A stretch of 64,000 nt of DNA from Minisyncoccota bacterium (GCA_023137615.1 JAGLOS010000001.1:1067-65066), one strand, 5' to 3'; shown: positions 29,526 to 38,893, numbered from the stretch's first letter. Notes: generated by a model not told the origin, from the letters alone. Numbers and translations: made by a program.

Positions 29526-29572
29526 AAACTATTTTGAGTTACTATAAATAAAAGCACTTCGTCTTATGTTAT

Positions 29573-29644
29573 CTCCTCGGCTCGGAAGTAAAAAGTTTCG
29601 TTTTACTTCACTTTTTACTTCTCTCGCTCTACGTCGCTAATAAT
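29573..29644 (+). repeat. short module of the composite palindromic repeat
   Basis: ctcctcggctcgg..aaaagt..actttt..ctcgctctacgtcgctaataa as in 18502-18574. Confidence 0.8.
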
Positions 29645-29914
29645 ATTAAACTCTGAAAACTCGCCCGTTGCTTCTTCCCAAAAACTTTCCACATTATCAA
29701 CACGAGAGAGTAAGGGTCCTTTTTTTAGAAGAACTAAAAGCTGTTTCAATTTTTCTTCTTCACCTTCAGCTATCACTTCTACTGAACCGTCCTTTATATT
29801 TTGCACCCTACCAACCAGACCAAGCCGACGAGCTTTTCTCGTCGTAAAATCACGAAACATAACCAACTGCACTCGACCCGCTATCCGGCATTTTAATCTC
29901 TTTGTCATTGCCAT
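29615..29914 (-). CDS. acyP: acylphosphatase
   Basis: GRVQ.V.FR, GRVQN..DGSVEVIAEG, GPLLSRVD. Confidence 0.92.
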   Translation of the reverse strand: MAMTKRLKCRIAGRVQLVMFRDFTTRKARRLGLVGRVQNIKDGSVEVIAEGEEEKLKQLLVLLKKGPLLSRVDNVESFWEEATGEFSEFNIISDVEREK

Positions 29915-30088
29915 TTATTATATAACATAATAAGAATATGCAACGTTACAGATATCCAGAGTGCTTGAAAAAAGTCAAAAAGTGCGGTATTCTAGAAAAA
30001 CAAATGGGACAAAGTGTTCTTGATTATAAGTTTAATAAAATAAAAATATGGGTAGAGTAGGACCATAATGTAATTAATAAAACATGAT

Positions 30089-30162
30089 GGGCGATTAGCT
30101 CAGTTGGCTAGAGCAACCCGTTTACACCGGGTAGGTCGGGGGTTCAAATCCCTCATCGCCCA
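30089..30162 (+). tRNA. tRNA-Val(UAC)
   Basis: cloverleaf, loop tt-TAC-ac, GGTTCAAATCC. Confidence 0.95.
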
Positions 30163-30399
30163 CACGCAAAATTAAAATCACCCTTTTGGGGTGATTTTAA
30201 TTTTGCGCTGTGACGATAGGAAGTGAACTGCTTCACTTCCGTGGGGATTTGAACGGCGGAGTATGTTGGTAAACACCGAGCAAAGCTTGGCGTTTACCAA
30301 CAGCGAGCCGCGTCCAGCGATACTTATTAGATTTCGATTCGTCTTTGACGAAAAAGAAATATAATTAGTAATCGTGGGACGAATCCCTCATCGCCCACA
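30163..30399 (+). repeat. tRNA-Val-linked element
   Basis: hairpin, interrupted antisense copy 30209-30254, core shared with the Lys element, direct copy 30380-30399. Confidence 0.85.
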
Positions 30400-30486
30400 G
30401 CCGCCAAAACAGCACTTATCAGTGCTGTTTTGTTTTGCAACTTAGTAACAGCAACGAAAAAAAGATGCTTCGCAATCTATTTAAGT

Positions 30487-30586
30487 ATAAGTGCACTGCT
30501 CACTCCTCTTCGTCCCATTCCCAGCACGACTTACGTAACAACAAAAAAACCGATGCTTTCGCATCGGTTTTTTGTTGGTTACTAAG
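30487..30586 (-). repeat. tRNA-Arg(UCU)-linked short element
   Basis: 30491-30572 homologous to 24581-24666; bounded by a taagtgc duplication. Confidence 0.8.
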
Positions 30587-30658
30587 TGCCCCCGGCAGGA
30601 ATCGAACCTGCAATAAGAGCTTAGAAGGCTCTCGTTATATCCATTTAACTACAGGGGC
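30587..30658 (-). tRNA. tRNA-Arg(UCU)
   Basis: 72-nt cloverleaf, loop ct-TCT-aa, GGTTCGATTCC. Confidence 0.95.
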
Positions 30659-30792
30659 ATATTTACTCTATCATATTATCAAAAGACCGTTCACTCGTCA
30701 CAAAACTTATTACAATGCGTCTGATAATCAAACACTCTGTTTGTCCGCTGTCAGCTTGTATCATTCCGAGAGTGACGGGCTTCATGGTTCTG

Positions 30793-30817
30793 CGTTATAT
30801 CCATTTAACTACAGGGG
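30793..30817 (-). repeat. duplicated 5' end of tRNA-Arg(UCU)
   Basis: 25 bp identical to 30633-30657. Confidence 0.9.
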
Positions 30818-30870
30818 ATAGTACTCAAACCACACAAGCCTCTTCATGGTCGTTCAAAAATATAGCAGTA

Positions 30871-31365
30871 TTACTTAAGAAGGTCAACAAACAACGCTTT
30901 CCATACCGATGCTTCATTCGACATTCTTGTCACAACCTTTTCTATATATTGAATCGCGTTTACACTTATTTCATCGGAAGAAAGTTCTTCCGATGGGACC
31001 ATGCTACTGCTTTCCGTAGTTGTCGACAGTATGCTTTCGAATGTTCTTTTTTCTTTTAAAAGTTCCGCGTGTTCCTGTTCTTTTTTCTCAAAATACACCA
31101 CGGTCTCTGCTAATTTACTCTGTAACGCCTTTACCTCTAACACCTCTTGCGTCTGCCCTTCTGACACCACCTGATCGGCGCCATGAATATAATATTTATT
31201 GAAAGCATGATATCCAAACACAGATACTCCGACAAGAGACACAAACACTCCGATAAGAATAACTGTCCATTCTCTGTATGGAGTTATGTATAATTTTGAT
31301 CTGTCTCGATGACAACAATATTTTATTTTTTTCTTTAAAAGCAGAATGTCCATAATATAGATCAC
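30871..31365 (-). CDS. hypothetical bitopic membrane protein in the pilMNO operon
   Basis: PYREW plus one TM, abuts the upstream gene. Confidence 0.7.
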   Translation of the reverse strand: MIYIMDILLLKKKIKYCCHRDRSKLYITPYREWTVILIGVFVSLVGVSVFGYHAFNKYYIHGADQVVSEGQTQEVLEVKALQSKLAETVVYFEKKEQEHAELLKEKRTFESILSTTTESSSMVPSEELSSDEISVNAIQYIEKVVTRMSNEASVWKALFVDLLK

Positions 31366-31884
31366 TTAATTATTTCCACCGGAGCCCGGTAGAGAGAAAC
31401 TCACACCACCTCTCCATAAATCATCCTCTGTAGAGATTTTCTCAACATAAACACTGTCAACAGACATATTATACGGAAGACTCTCAATAAGCGCCACATA
31501 ATACATGACATTATCAAATGCACCCTCATATGTGGTAGTAAATCTCAGAGACCCCTCTGTCGTATTCCCCTTTACGCTCGCGGTAACCCCTGCCAAACCG
31601 GAAAGACCTTCTAAATAGTCCAAAAAGTCTATATAATTATCTCTTCCAATAAAATACTGTTCTATCTTTTCCCTACCCGGCTCTATCTCCTTTAACACTG
31701 TTGCAAGTTGATGGGCGCCGCTGCCTTCGGCACTAAGAGACGCTACCTCTTTTTGACGAATAGCAACTTCAGCAGAAAGTGTCTCTATTTTATTTAAAGC
31801 AAAAGCAAAAACCCCCGCAAGTGCAATGTTTACAATAACAACCGCGCCGAAGATTATTTGTAATATATTTGTTTTTTTCTGCAT
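31366..31884 (-). CDS. PilO-like type IV pilus assembly protein
   Basis: TM, coiled coil, FLDYLE.L...AGV, G.F.NV...V..IESLPY; position after pilM/pilN. Confidence 0.7.
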   Translation of the reverse strand: MQKKTNILQIIFGAVVIVNIALAGVFAFALNKIETLSAEVAIRQKEVASLSAEGSGAHQLATVLKEIEPGREKIEQYFIGRDNYIDFLDYLEGLSGLAGVTASVKGNTTEGSLRFTTTYEGAFDNVMYYVALIESLPYNMSVDSVYVEKISTEDDLWRGGVSFSLPGSGGNN

Positions 31885-31886
31885 TT

Positions 31887-32426
31887 TTATTGTTGTTCTC
31901 TTAATTGGATACTAAAATCAAAAGGCACATCCTTTTTTACACTAAGATTCTCATAAGGATAACTTTCCAAAGGAACAAACATGTCCTCTTGACCAATTCT
32001 TTTGATAAAACGATCAAGCTCTTTTCTTGTGTCTGCACTTCCTTTTACCATGAGCTTATTTGATGCCCTTGCGTATGATATTTTTGATAATGTGATCGTA
32101 TCCGGTTTGATCTCGAATAACCGCGCCATTATCTCGTACGGTATTTTTTTTGTATCGGTATCTTGTTGTACTACAGCCAAACGAGCTTCTATCCTGCTTA
32201 TACTTGTTTTATAGTCTTCATCGGTGTCCTTTTGTTCGTCAGTATCTGATCGATATGCGATGTTCAACCCTTCAAGTTTGCTGTCCAATAACACATATGT
32301 CGGAACAAGAAGAACAGAAGCAACAACGCCAACAGAAGCAACAGCGATAAGCGCAATTATCATAGCCCGTAGGGTGTATTCCCGGTAGACTTTCTTTTTT
32401 GTGTTTTGTGGAAGTAAATTTGCCAT
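31887..32426 (-). CDS. PilN-like type IV pilus assembly protein
   Basis: N-terminal NLLP motif, TM, coiled coil, V.G.A....L..F. Confidence 0.8.
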   Translation of the reverse strand: MANLLPQNTKKKVYREYTLRAMIIALIAVASVGVVASVLLVPTYVLLDSKLEGLNIAYRSDTDEQKDTDEDYKTSISRIEARLAVVQQDTDTKKIPYEIMARLFEIKPDTITLSKISYARASNKLMVKGSADTRKELDRFIKRIGQEDMFVPLESYPYENLSVKKDVPFDFSIQLREQQ

Positions 32427-32429
32427 AAA

Positions 32430-33521
32430 CTAACGACTGGATGACAATGCTAACCCTATTGACGTGGCATACTGTAATGATTTTTCAAATGAAATACTTG
32501 GAATATAATTTTCAAATGAATTTATGTTTCCAAAAATATTTGCAACACGAACGTTGGTATGAATATTAGACGCCAGATACTCGGGAAGTCCTTTAAAATT
32601 AGCAAGTCCTCCGCACAACAGTAATGTATCTATCTTTTGTCGTTTCTTACCAAAAACATCATCGTGATTATTCCAGTATTGATAATGCTTTCCAACCTCA
32701 TCTTTAAGTGCCGAAACAGTCGGCATAAGGGCAAGAAGCATATTTTCATCTCCTTCACCTACCAAGAAACCTTTTTCTGTCTTTAGACGTTCAGCTTCTT
32801 CAAAACTTATTGAAAAATTCCTTGCCACAGCACGAGTGATCATGTCCCCTCCAATACCGATAGTGGAAGTAAATTGAACTACGCCGTTATTCACGATCGT
32901 GATACCTGTTCGTGTCTTTCCAAAATCAAGAACCATGAATGTTCCATCATCATCCTCTGGCACCACCGTCCGCGACACAGCATGAGACTCAACTTCAAAA
33001 CGAAGAGGCACCAGACCTGTCCCAAGAAAAACATCCATATATTCTTCTACGATCTCTCGTGGATATACGGTCACGTTCAATTCAATAAAAGCAAGGTCAT
33101 CATTGGGATCACCTCCTCGAATAATATCATAAGCAAACGTCGCTTCATTTACGGGAATTGGGACATGTTCTTCTATCTGAAGCTCCAGATTGTTATATAT
33201 TTCATCCGGTTGGACTTTTGGTATACGTACAACAACAACATATCCATGTTGCTCCGGTAATGATACGTTTACAAAATGGAGGTTATGGTCTCTTCTTAAT
33301 TTAGTGAAAAACGCTTTTATTTTTTTTGCATCTTTAATATACCCGTCTTCAATAAGACCTTTTGGAATGAGTCTTTTGTCAAACTTCTTTATTTTTTTTC
33401 CTTCCGGTGTATTTTCCAATTCTGCAATATGTACTGACTCGTCAGAAATATCAACCCCCGTTATGGGCATTCTCAAAAATTTTGGTGGAGGAAAAAATCT
33501 ATATAACAGACTCTGCTTCAT
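32430..33521 (-). CDS. pilM: type IV pilus assembly protein PilM
   Basis: GVDISD, LDFGKTRT, IGGDMIT, EAERLK, LCGGLA, IGLAL actin-like fold. Confidence 0.9.
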   Translation of the reverse strand: MKQSLLYRFFPPPKFLRMPITGVDISDESVHIAELENTPEGKKIKKFDKRLIPKGLIEDGYIKDAKKIKAFFTKLRRDHNLHFVNVSLPEQHGYVVVVRIPKVQPDEIYNNLELQIEEHVPIPVNEATFAYDIIRGGDPNDDLAFIELNVTVYPREIVEEYMDVFLGTGLVPLRFEVESHAVSRTVVPEDDDGTFMVLDFGKTRTGITIVNNGVVQFTSTIGIGGDMITRAVARNFSISFEEAERLKTEKGFLVGEGDENMLLALMPTVSALKDEVGKHYQYWNNHDDVFGKKRQKIDTLLLCGGLANFKGLPEYLASNIHTNVRVANIFGNINSFENYIPSISFEKSLQYATSIGLALSSSR

Positions 33522-33548
33522 TAGGTTTATTATACGGCAAAAACAACC

Positions 33549-34148
33549 TTATAACAAAACATTTATGAGGATAATGCCAAAAATAAAAATCGCAATAATG
33601 AGAGAAAAGATATTAAAATATTTATAGACCAATGAACCGATTTGACTTCCGTAGCGACGCAATATATAACCTATGGCAAAAAATCGAGTACCCCTCCCAA
33701 AAAGAGCCGCTAAAACAAAAACTAAAAAATTTACATTAAATAATCCCGCCGATATCGTAAATACCTTAAAAGGTATCGGTGTAAATGCCGCTAAAAAGAC
33801 CGCAACAAACGCATTGTCAGAAAACATGTCGCCAACCGTCATCATCTCACTTTCCAGATGATAAAAATTCACCAACGGCCCCCCAACTGTTTGAAAAAGA
33901 AAGAAACCGATAATATATCCAAAGATCGCACCAAGCACAGAGAAGGTAGTGGTCCAAGATGCTTGGAATATCCAATGCCGGCTACTGGTAAGCAGCATTG
34001 CTATAAGCAAAATATCCGGTGGTATCGGAAAGAACGACGCTTCAGAAAAAGCCACCCCGGCAAGCCATGCTTGTGCGTGTTTGCCGTTGGCGTGTTTTAC
34101 CGTCCAACTACGAGTTCTTTCTTTTATTCTTGTTAAAAAATTGTCCAT
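33549..34148 (-). CDS. YqaA/DedA family membrane protein
   Basis: FSEASFFPIPPDILL, FTPIPFKVFTISAG, GRGTRFF. Confidence 0.9.
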   Translation of the reverse strand: MDNFLTRIKERTRSWTVKHANGKHAQAWLAGVAFSEASFFPIPPDILLIAMLLTSSRHWIFQASWTTTFSVLGAIFGYIIGFFLFQTVGGPLVNFYHLESEMMTVGDMFSDNAFVAVFLAAFTPIPFKVFTISAGLFNVNFLVFVLAALFGRGTRFFAIGYILRRYGSQIGSLVYKYFNIFSLIIAIFIFGIILINVLL

Positions 34149-34149
34149 T

Positions 34150-34476
34150 TTAACCCACAGAACTTCCTGAAGAAACTTCTTTAAGAGGAGACAACGCAAC
34201 AAACCCGACTTCTCCCACAATACCTAATATCATACCATTGCTTTCTACACCACATATAGTTCGCGGTTCAAGATTGTATACAAAGGGACACTGTTTTCCA
34301 ATTATCTCTTCCGGTTGATAATACTGCGCAATACCTGAAACGATCTGTCTCACTTCATCACCAAATTCAACCTCAAGCCGTAACAGTTTGTCAGTGTTCT
34401 CTACTTTTTCAGCTATTTTTATAGTTCCGATACGAATATCCGCTTTCTTAAATTCGTCAAATGATATTTTGTCCAT
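34150..34476 (-). CDS. tRNA-binding OB-fold protein (MetRS C-terminal/Trbp111/CsaA-like)
   Basis: ISFDEFKKADIRIG, DKLLRL, RQIVSGI, NLEPR, ESNGMIL. Confidence 0.9.
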   Translation of the reverse strand: MDKISFDEFKKADIRIGTIKIAEKVENTDKLLRLEVEFGDEVRQIVSGIAQYYQPEEIIGKQCPFVYNLEPRTICGVESNGMILGIVGEVGFVALSPLKEVSSGSSVG

Positions 34477-34494
34477 AATAAGATTAGTTTTTAT

Positions 34495-34514
34495 CCTGCC
34501 TGCCGGCAGGTAGA
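34495..34514. repeat. 20-bp GC-rich palindromic unit
   Basis: cctgcctgccggcaggtaga; variants at 49943-49962 and 52169-52188. Confidence 0.7.
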
Positions 34515-34524
34515 TTAATAATTT

Positions 34525-34929
34525 TTAGTTTGTGGCCTGCGACTCTTTATATTGTTTTTTATCCAAGTAACTTTGTAGAATGATCGCAGCCGCGGACGCA
34601 TCAAGCATGTCGTTCTTTCCTTGAATTTTTTGCGCCTGATGCGAAGTGAAAAACTCGGGCTCAAAATAAAGAGGTACATCTATTTCTTTCTTCGTCTGTT
34701 CCATAAAAGTATCAATGTTTTTCATTAGAGGATTTGGGGTGCCATCCAAATTCCTCGACTCGCCAACAACAACTCCGACAATATTCTCCTCAACACAGAT
34801 CTCTTTGATCTCTTTGATCAAGCTATTTGTATTTTTCAAAACATTTTTTGGAAACGCCAGTCGACCATCTTCGTCAGACGTTGCGATCCCCACTCTTTTT
34901 GTACCATAGTCAACGCCGAGAAATTTCAT
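34525..34929 (-). CDS. ruvX: YqgF/RuvX family nuclease
   Basis: LGVDYGTKRVGIA.SD, VVVG, E.FTS, DASAAAIILQSYL. Confidence 0.92.
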   Translation of the reverse strand: MKFLGVDYGTKRVGIATSDEDGRLAFPKNVLKNTNSLIKEIKEICVEENIVGVVVGESRNLDGTPNPLMKNIDTFMEQTKKEIDVPLYFEPEFFTSHQAQKIQGKNDMLDASAAAIILQSYLDKKQYKESQATN

Positions 34930-34951
34930 ATACCTTGAATTACTAAAACTA

Positions 34952-36310
34952 CTAAAACATCAGTATGCCAGGAGCGAACAAAAGAAGACCTCCCAGTAAG
35001 ATCATTAGTATTCCGCCGACCAGTATAGAGAGTTTGGAGTATTTTTCACTGGCATGCAACTTATCAAAGCCATAAAGAGCAAATCCGAATACAACAAAAT
35101 CATCAACCATATACGCAAAGATATAGATCATCAGATACCATTGCTGTGCCCAAAATTCAAGAGCGTTTATCTCTAATATCTTGGTGAAGGCCTGCGGAAT
35201 GCCGATAGAACACGCAAATTCAATAACATTTACGGAAAGAGCCACCCCTAATATTCCAATAACCGTTGCCAAAGTCATGGGAGAAGACACGAGTTTGTGA
35301 ATTTTGTTTTGTATCTTGGATTGTTTTTCTATGCTTGTTACATCACATGTGAACTTATTTTTTGTTTTATTATATTTATATAAAAAGTATATTCCGCAAC
35401 CTATGGCAAATACTCCAACTAACGGCGTTACAATATTATCAAGCCCGACAAAATCCCATGTTTTATACCAAATATTCAAAATGAGATAATACATGATCGA
35501 CTCGGCAAAAATAAAAAGTCCCGCCACATAGAACATTTTTTTTCTGTTTCCTATTTGCATCAATATCAAAAGAAACGCCATAAGTACCCACAATGCACAT
35601 GGGTTAAACCCGTCAACCAAACCAAGGATCACGGAAAGCGAAAAAAGCGACACGCCTTCAATATCAATAACACCAAAAACCGGCAACCTAAGCTCAAAAC
35701 CATTAACATCATAAAGCACTCCTTCGCTGGAAGTCGCCTGCTGGGTACTATCAAAATTATTCTTCGCAATATTTTCGAAGTTCAAGTAATCCTCAATATC
35801 GTAATCGTGCCCATCTTTGGCATATTCAATTGCCTCTTTGATCTGTTTTCCTGTTGTTTCTTCCCCACCAAAACCTTTTATGATCTCTCCCCCGACAAAA
35901 GTATACGGGGTTACACGAGGCAGATCATTTGCTTGCGTTAATCGCCCAAAAAGTAACCCGTGTTCTTCATTTTCAGCGACATTATAATATATCAAACGCA
36001 CATTCGGTTCAGAAATTAAATATTCTTCAATAAATTCTTTTTCCTCTCGGCAATAACCGCATTTGTCCTGCCCAAAAAAATGAACAGAAACTACCGGCTC
36101 GCTTTCACTGGAGACAAGCTTATTTTGAACGTCTTTTTGGACAACAACAAGTTTGTTGCTTTCATTTTCTCCGGCAGTAATTGGAGCAGTGTCAGGTATA
36201 AACATATACGCCGAAGCCATACCAACTAATGTCCACGGCGCTAAAAGAAAGAATGCTATAATTTTTGTATTTTTAGATATCTTTTTCTTTTTTATACTTT
36301 TTATCTGCAT
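34952..36310 (-). CDS. thioredoxin/glutaredoxin domain fused to a DsbD/CcdA-like membrane domain
   Basis: CGYC motif, DGFNPCA, EFACS.G.P, multiple TM. Confidence 0.8.
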   Translation of the reverse strand: MQIKSIKKKKISKNTKIIAFFLLAPWTLVGMASAYMFIPDTAPITAGENESNKLVVVQKDVQNKLVSSESEPVVSVHFFGQDKCGYCREEKEFIEEYLISEPNVRLIYYNVAENEEHGLLFGRLTQANDLPRVTPYTFVGGEIIKGFGGEETTGKQIKEAIEYAKDGHDYDIEDYLNFENIAKNNFDSTQQATSSEGVLYDVNGFELRLPVFGVIDIEGVSLFSLSVILGLVDGFNPCALWVLMAFLLILMQIGNRKKMFYVAGLFIFAESIMYYLILNIWYKTWDFVGLDNIVTPLVGVFAIGCGIYFLYKYNKTKNKFTCDVTSIEKQSKIQNKIHKLVSSPMTLATVIGILGVALSVNVIEFACSIGIPQAFTKILEINALEFWAQQWYLMIYIFAYMVDDFVVFGFALYGFDKLHASEKYSKLSILVGGILMILLGGLLLFAPGILMF

Positions 36311-36344
36311 AATATATTTTTAGAATCTTATATATTCTCTTCAA

Positions 36345-38018
36345 CTACACATCTAGCAACTGCAGCACTTTTCCTTTATCTTCCACCGCCCATAAAAAAG
36401 TTGCCAATCTCGGACCGGCGTTTTTCCCGATGAGTAAATTATATACCATCTGAAAAAACCGTTTTTGCCTTTTTATGTTTTCTTTCATGTCTAGCTCTTC
36501 TTTTTTGACAATACCATAAACCAGTTCGTTTAATTCAGGTATTGTTCTGTTTGGATTATCTTTTAATTCGCTTTTTAACTTTCTAACATGCCCTAATTCT
36601 TCCTCAGATAATGTTTCTATATATTCAGTATTTTTCTCTTTTTCTAATTTTATTATCTCCTCGCGATTATAAGTTTCTAACCAATTTTTAGCTTTTACGA
36701 GACGTTCTTTTATACTTTTTTCATCATAATCTTCTTCTTGCGCTTTCAATAACTCAATCATTTTATCTTTATCCCATTGAACAATTTGCCCAAAACCAAC
36801 CGCCTGTCTAAACGGAAGAGGTTTTTTGTATTCACCTTCCCTAGAAACACCACTAATTTTCAATGACTGTATATCAAAATCACTCAGGGGTTCTTCTCCT
36901 GTTTTCATTTCTTCAACTTTTCTGTCAAATTCTGCGTACTGTCTGTAAACTTCACTATCAAAAGCCAGCGAAAAAGTCTTGTTGGGCTCGGTTCTGAAAT
37001 AAAGCCACTTCAAAAGTTCCGGGGAATATATTTCCAACAATTTTCCGGGTGAAACACTGTTTCCTTTTGAACCGGACATTTTGTCTCCAAGTCCCCTAAT
37101 CCCTACGAAATCATATCCTTGATAGACAGGTGGCTCAACACAAAAAACCTCTTTTGCAATAACAGTAGAAGTATCGTAACTTCCTCCTGGAGTAGAGTGA
37201 TCTTTCCCGCCAGGTTCAAAACTGACATCTTCCGCCCCCCACCTCATTGCCCAATCAACTTTCCATGCCAATTTTACAATTCTGACCTTAGTAATATCAA
37301 TTGTTTCAGTTTTCCCGGAATCAAAACATTTGTAAGTTATTTTTTTATCTCCATCATAATCAATAACTTTAGTATTATCTTTTCCGGAAAAGCGAGAATA
37401 GACAGCAATTGGATAATAGTTTTTTATATATTCATCATCAACGATATTTTTATTCTCCTTTCCTTTGTCTGTCATGAAAGAAAGCAAAATTTTTGCTATT
37501 TTCTCTCTATTTTTTAGGGCTTCTATTATTTTTTCATCATATCTTCCAGATTTATGCTCGTTGGTTTGGTATATGTATTCTATCTCTATGTCCAAATCAG
37601 TCATTGCTTTCTCAAATTCTTCTTCTTGATATTTGGCATAAGACTTGTCTGTGCCATCTGGTGAAGGTATTCCTGTTAGAGGAAATCCAATATATTTTTC
37701 AAAACTTGGGTCTATACCCTGCGGAACTTTCCTAAACCTATCAAAATCATCCCAAGAAAAGATCATTCTGGCTTTCTTTCCTCTCTTTTTTAATTCTTCA
37801 AAAACCGCATAAGAGGTAACAATATCTCTAAAATTTCCAAAGTGGATAGTGCCCGATGGACTTATTCCCGAAGCGCACACATACTCATCTTTGTCTGGAA
37901 ATTTCTCCAACACTTTATCGGTATAAGCACTAGCCCAATGAAGTTTGTTTTCTAAACTTTCATCCTCATTTTTAACCCTTTCTTCTTTTTCTGAATTATC
38001 AGTTTTAAATTTTTTCAT
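36345..38018 (-). CDS. lysS: lysine--tRNA ligase, class I
   Basis: HWA, SGISPSGTIHFGN (HIGH-like), SWDDFD, KL.WKVDWAMRW, EPGGKDH, KMSGSKG, GPRL. Confidence 0.95.
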   Translation of the reverse strand: MKKFKTDNSEKEERVKNEDESLENKLHWASAYTDKVLEKFPDKDEYVCASGISPSGTIHFGNFRDIVTSYAVFEELKKRGKKARMIFSWDDFDRFRKVPQGIDPSFEKYIGFPLTGIPSPDGTDKSYAKYQEEEFEKAMTDLDIEIEYIYQTNEHKSGRYDEKIIEALKNREKIAKILLSFMTDKGKENKNIVDDEYIKNYYPIAVYSRFSGKDNTKVIDYDGDKKITYKCFDSGKTETIDITKVRIVKLAWKVDWAMRWGAEDVSFEPGGKDHSTPGGSYDTSTVIAKEVFCVEPPVYQGYDFVGIRGLGDKMSGSKGNSVSPGKLLEIYSPELLKWLYFRTEPNKTFSLAFDSEVYRQYAEFDRKVEEMKTGEEPLSDFDIQSLKISGVSREGEYKKPLPFRQAVGFGQIVQWDKDKMIELLKAQEEDYDEKSIKERLVKAKNWLETYNREEIIKLEKEKNTEYIETLSEEELGHVRKLKSELKDNPNRTIPELNELVYGIVKKEELDMKENIKRQKRFFQMVYNLLIGKNAGPRLATFLWAVEDKGKVLQLLDV

Positions 38019-38247
38019 ATTATCTCCAAGTTTTTGCATCAGTTTGACTCCTTTTTATATCTAAAGACGTCAACCCTTAAGCATTGTATCATCCTATCGT
38101 ACTATCGCTCAATAGTAAATTATAATACAAGCGTGTTTAAAAAAATCTCAAAACATGAAAGTAACCTTCCAGCGCCAAAAAATTACTGTCCAAAGCAAAA
38201 ACGTTGCAAACATAACAGTTTTTGGTACTATGATGGGTACTGTAATG

Positions 38248-38266
38248 ATGGAGAGATGGCTGAGTG
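38248..38266 (+). repeat. duplicated 5' end of tRNA-Ser
   Basis: atggagagatggctgagtg identical to 38377-38395. Confidence 0.88.
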
Positions 38267-38378
38267 TTCAATGAGATCCTGCGAGAGGTGGTAACATCGA
38301 GTAGTTGATCGAATTAATGATTGATACTCGAAGCTACTCAAGAATAAATAAAGTTCTTACAATAAATCAATATAACAT

Positions 38379-38465
38379 GGAGAGATGGCTGAGTGGTCGA
38401 AGGCGACGGTCTTGAAAACCGTTGAGGGTTTACGCCCTCCGTGGGTTCGAATCCCACTCTCTCCG
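38379..38465 (+). tRNA. tRNA-Ser(UGA)
   Basis: cloverleaf with long variable arm, loop ct-TGA-aa, GGTTCGAATCC, G73. Confidence 0.95.
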
Positions 38466-38672
38466 CATAAAACGTTCAACCCTAATGCGACACAGCATTG
38501 GGGTTGTTACGTTTTACCAGAAGGAGTGGGGTTCGAAAAAAGTCTCGTGCGAAGCCTAACGTAACGAAGTGAAGTCAGAACGAGACGGCGAGGTCACGAG
38601 TTCTTAGAGAAAACAAGTCCGCAGGACGTAGTTTGAACTTAGAACTGGGGACCGAATCCCAATCTCTCCGCA
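38466..38672 (+). repeat. tRNA-Ser-linked element
   Basis: hairpin, antisense copy 38524-38537, direct copy cgaatcccaatctctccgca 38653-38672. Confidence 0.85.
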
Positions 38673-38893
38673 AACAGTAACTTCACGTTCCATACTCAAA
38701 TACCCAAAAAGTCTTTGTGGCAACAATAGACGACTGGTCGATAAACTTAAATAGTCTATCTACATCATAAGTGTAAACAACAGTCCCTGGAGAGGAACCC
38801 GTTGTTGCTGTGTATGGGGTTCCTTCACAATTAGCTTCTAAGTAAAATATTTGATATTAAAACGATTGTTAGTAAGCTCGGAAAACTTGTAAA

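Noticed and set aside
30435-31059. ORFs of 128 and 114 aa on +
   Set aside because: Antisense to tRNA-Arg, its duplicated 5' end and a pilus-operon gene.
38248-38465. Intron-containing or split tRNA interpretation of the 5' duplications (also 30587-30817)
   Set aside because: The downstream tRNAs are complete by themselves, so no splicing is needed.
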